Part shown: positions 63,796-64,000 of the stretch, piece after piece
Position numbering within the stretch: position 1 is the first letter of the stretch
Layout: each line of letters begins with the position of its first letter
DNA from: Proteobacteria bacterium SG_bin7
GTDB lineage: Bacteria; Bdellovibrionota; Bdellovibrionia; Bdellovibrionales; SG-bin7
Length of the DNA: 64,000 bases
Assembly (NCBI GenBank): GCA_002083485.1
Contig: LWDK01000045.1
Coordinates: forward strand, 240-64,239
Direction: 5' to 3'
Position numbers and translations under genes: made by a program
The notes under the pieces: model-generated
The model's input: only the letters and a program-made list of their open reading frames with translations
Told to the model about the DNA's origin: nothing
The model's database searches: none

Positions 63796-64000
63796 GTGAA
63801 TGTGACGGAACAACGAGTCTGGGAGTTATTTTCTGAGCCGATAAAAAGCATATCCATAGATGAAAAACTCGCTGATTTTATAATGGCTGAAATAAATCAG
63901 CTCAACGAGAATTCGGCGCAGTCCAAACTCGAATTGCTAAAAAAGACAAAAGAGAGAATTGAGATTTTAAACAAACGTGAAGATGAACTTTATGAACATT
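63796..64000 (+). pseudogene. Serine-recombinase C-terminal (coiled-coil) fragment, open at the window edge
   Basis: My translation from the GTG at 63796 is VNVTEQRVWELFSEPIKSISIDEKLADFIMAEINQLNENSAQSKLELLKKTKERIEILNKREDELYEH. It resembles the post-zinc-ribbon region of large serine recombinases. An in-frame TAA lies about 40 nt upstream, so there is no catalytic domain. Confidence 0.4.

Noticed and set aside
1-64000. CRISPR arrays, rRNA, tRNA, long tandem repeats
   Set aside because: On reading the intergenic regions I saw no regularly spaced repeats or rRNA/tRNA-like segments. The only notable repeats are those listed as features.

Overview
AT-rich bacterial chromosomal segment. The gene content (three TIGR02147/DUF4423-type HTH paralogs, many signal-peptide proteins, a giant S8 protease, sphingolipid-type lipid genes) looks to me like a Bdellovibrionota/Bacteriovoracaceae-like predator. 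That is a guess from gene content, not a database result.

Layout:
- (i) 1-10 kb is a scarred accessory zone. It holds a truncated TIGR02147 paralog, an internally deleted copy of a ~1.95-kb IS-like element, gene fragments and a complete En-minus group II intron sitting just 5' of a RelE/HigB-HTH toxin-antitoxin pair. It also holds a DUF4160/BrnA-like two-gene cassette bracketed by perfect 31-bp direct repeats, a decayed brnTA pair, and a secreted protein with an XRE regulator and a TIGR02147 regulator.
- (ii) 11-42 kb is a very large lipid-type biosynthetic supercluster and my main candidate for an undescribed system. It encodes an aminotransferase fused to an acyl-ACP-reductase-like domain, HAD, two PurM/ThiL-fold proteins, SDRs, an MMPL exporter, a PLD-like enzyme and an MFS transporter. 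It also contains a PAPS-synthesis operon (DUF2061-CysC, CysD, CysN) led by an extended SDR, and a sulfotransferase. Its core is a 10-gene translationally coupled operon: lipid kinase, P-loop kinase, serine-palmitoyltransferase-like alpha-oxoamine synthase, PurM-like protein, two PEP-utilizing phosphotransferases, nucleotidyltransferase, an acyl-CoA dehydrogenase pair and a di-iron protein.
- (iii) 42-49.6 kb carries membrane housekeeping genes: rhodanese, rhomboid, psd, an AMP-ligase and corA.
- (iv) 49.8-57.5 kb is a block of secreted proteins, including an S8 protease with huge insertions and a protein built of three Cys-containing repeats.
- (v) 57.6-64 kb is a second scar zone. It holds serine-recombinase fragments, the intact IS-like copy, a GNAT remnant, a third TIGR02147 gene divergent from secreted proteins, and a recombinase C-terminal fragment at the window edge.

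I saw no rRNA, tRNA or CRISPR array. All functional calls come from motif reading of the translated ORFs and from memory of protein families. No searches were run.
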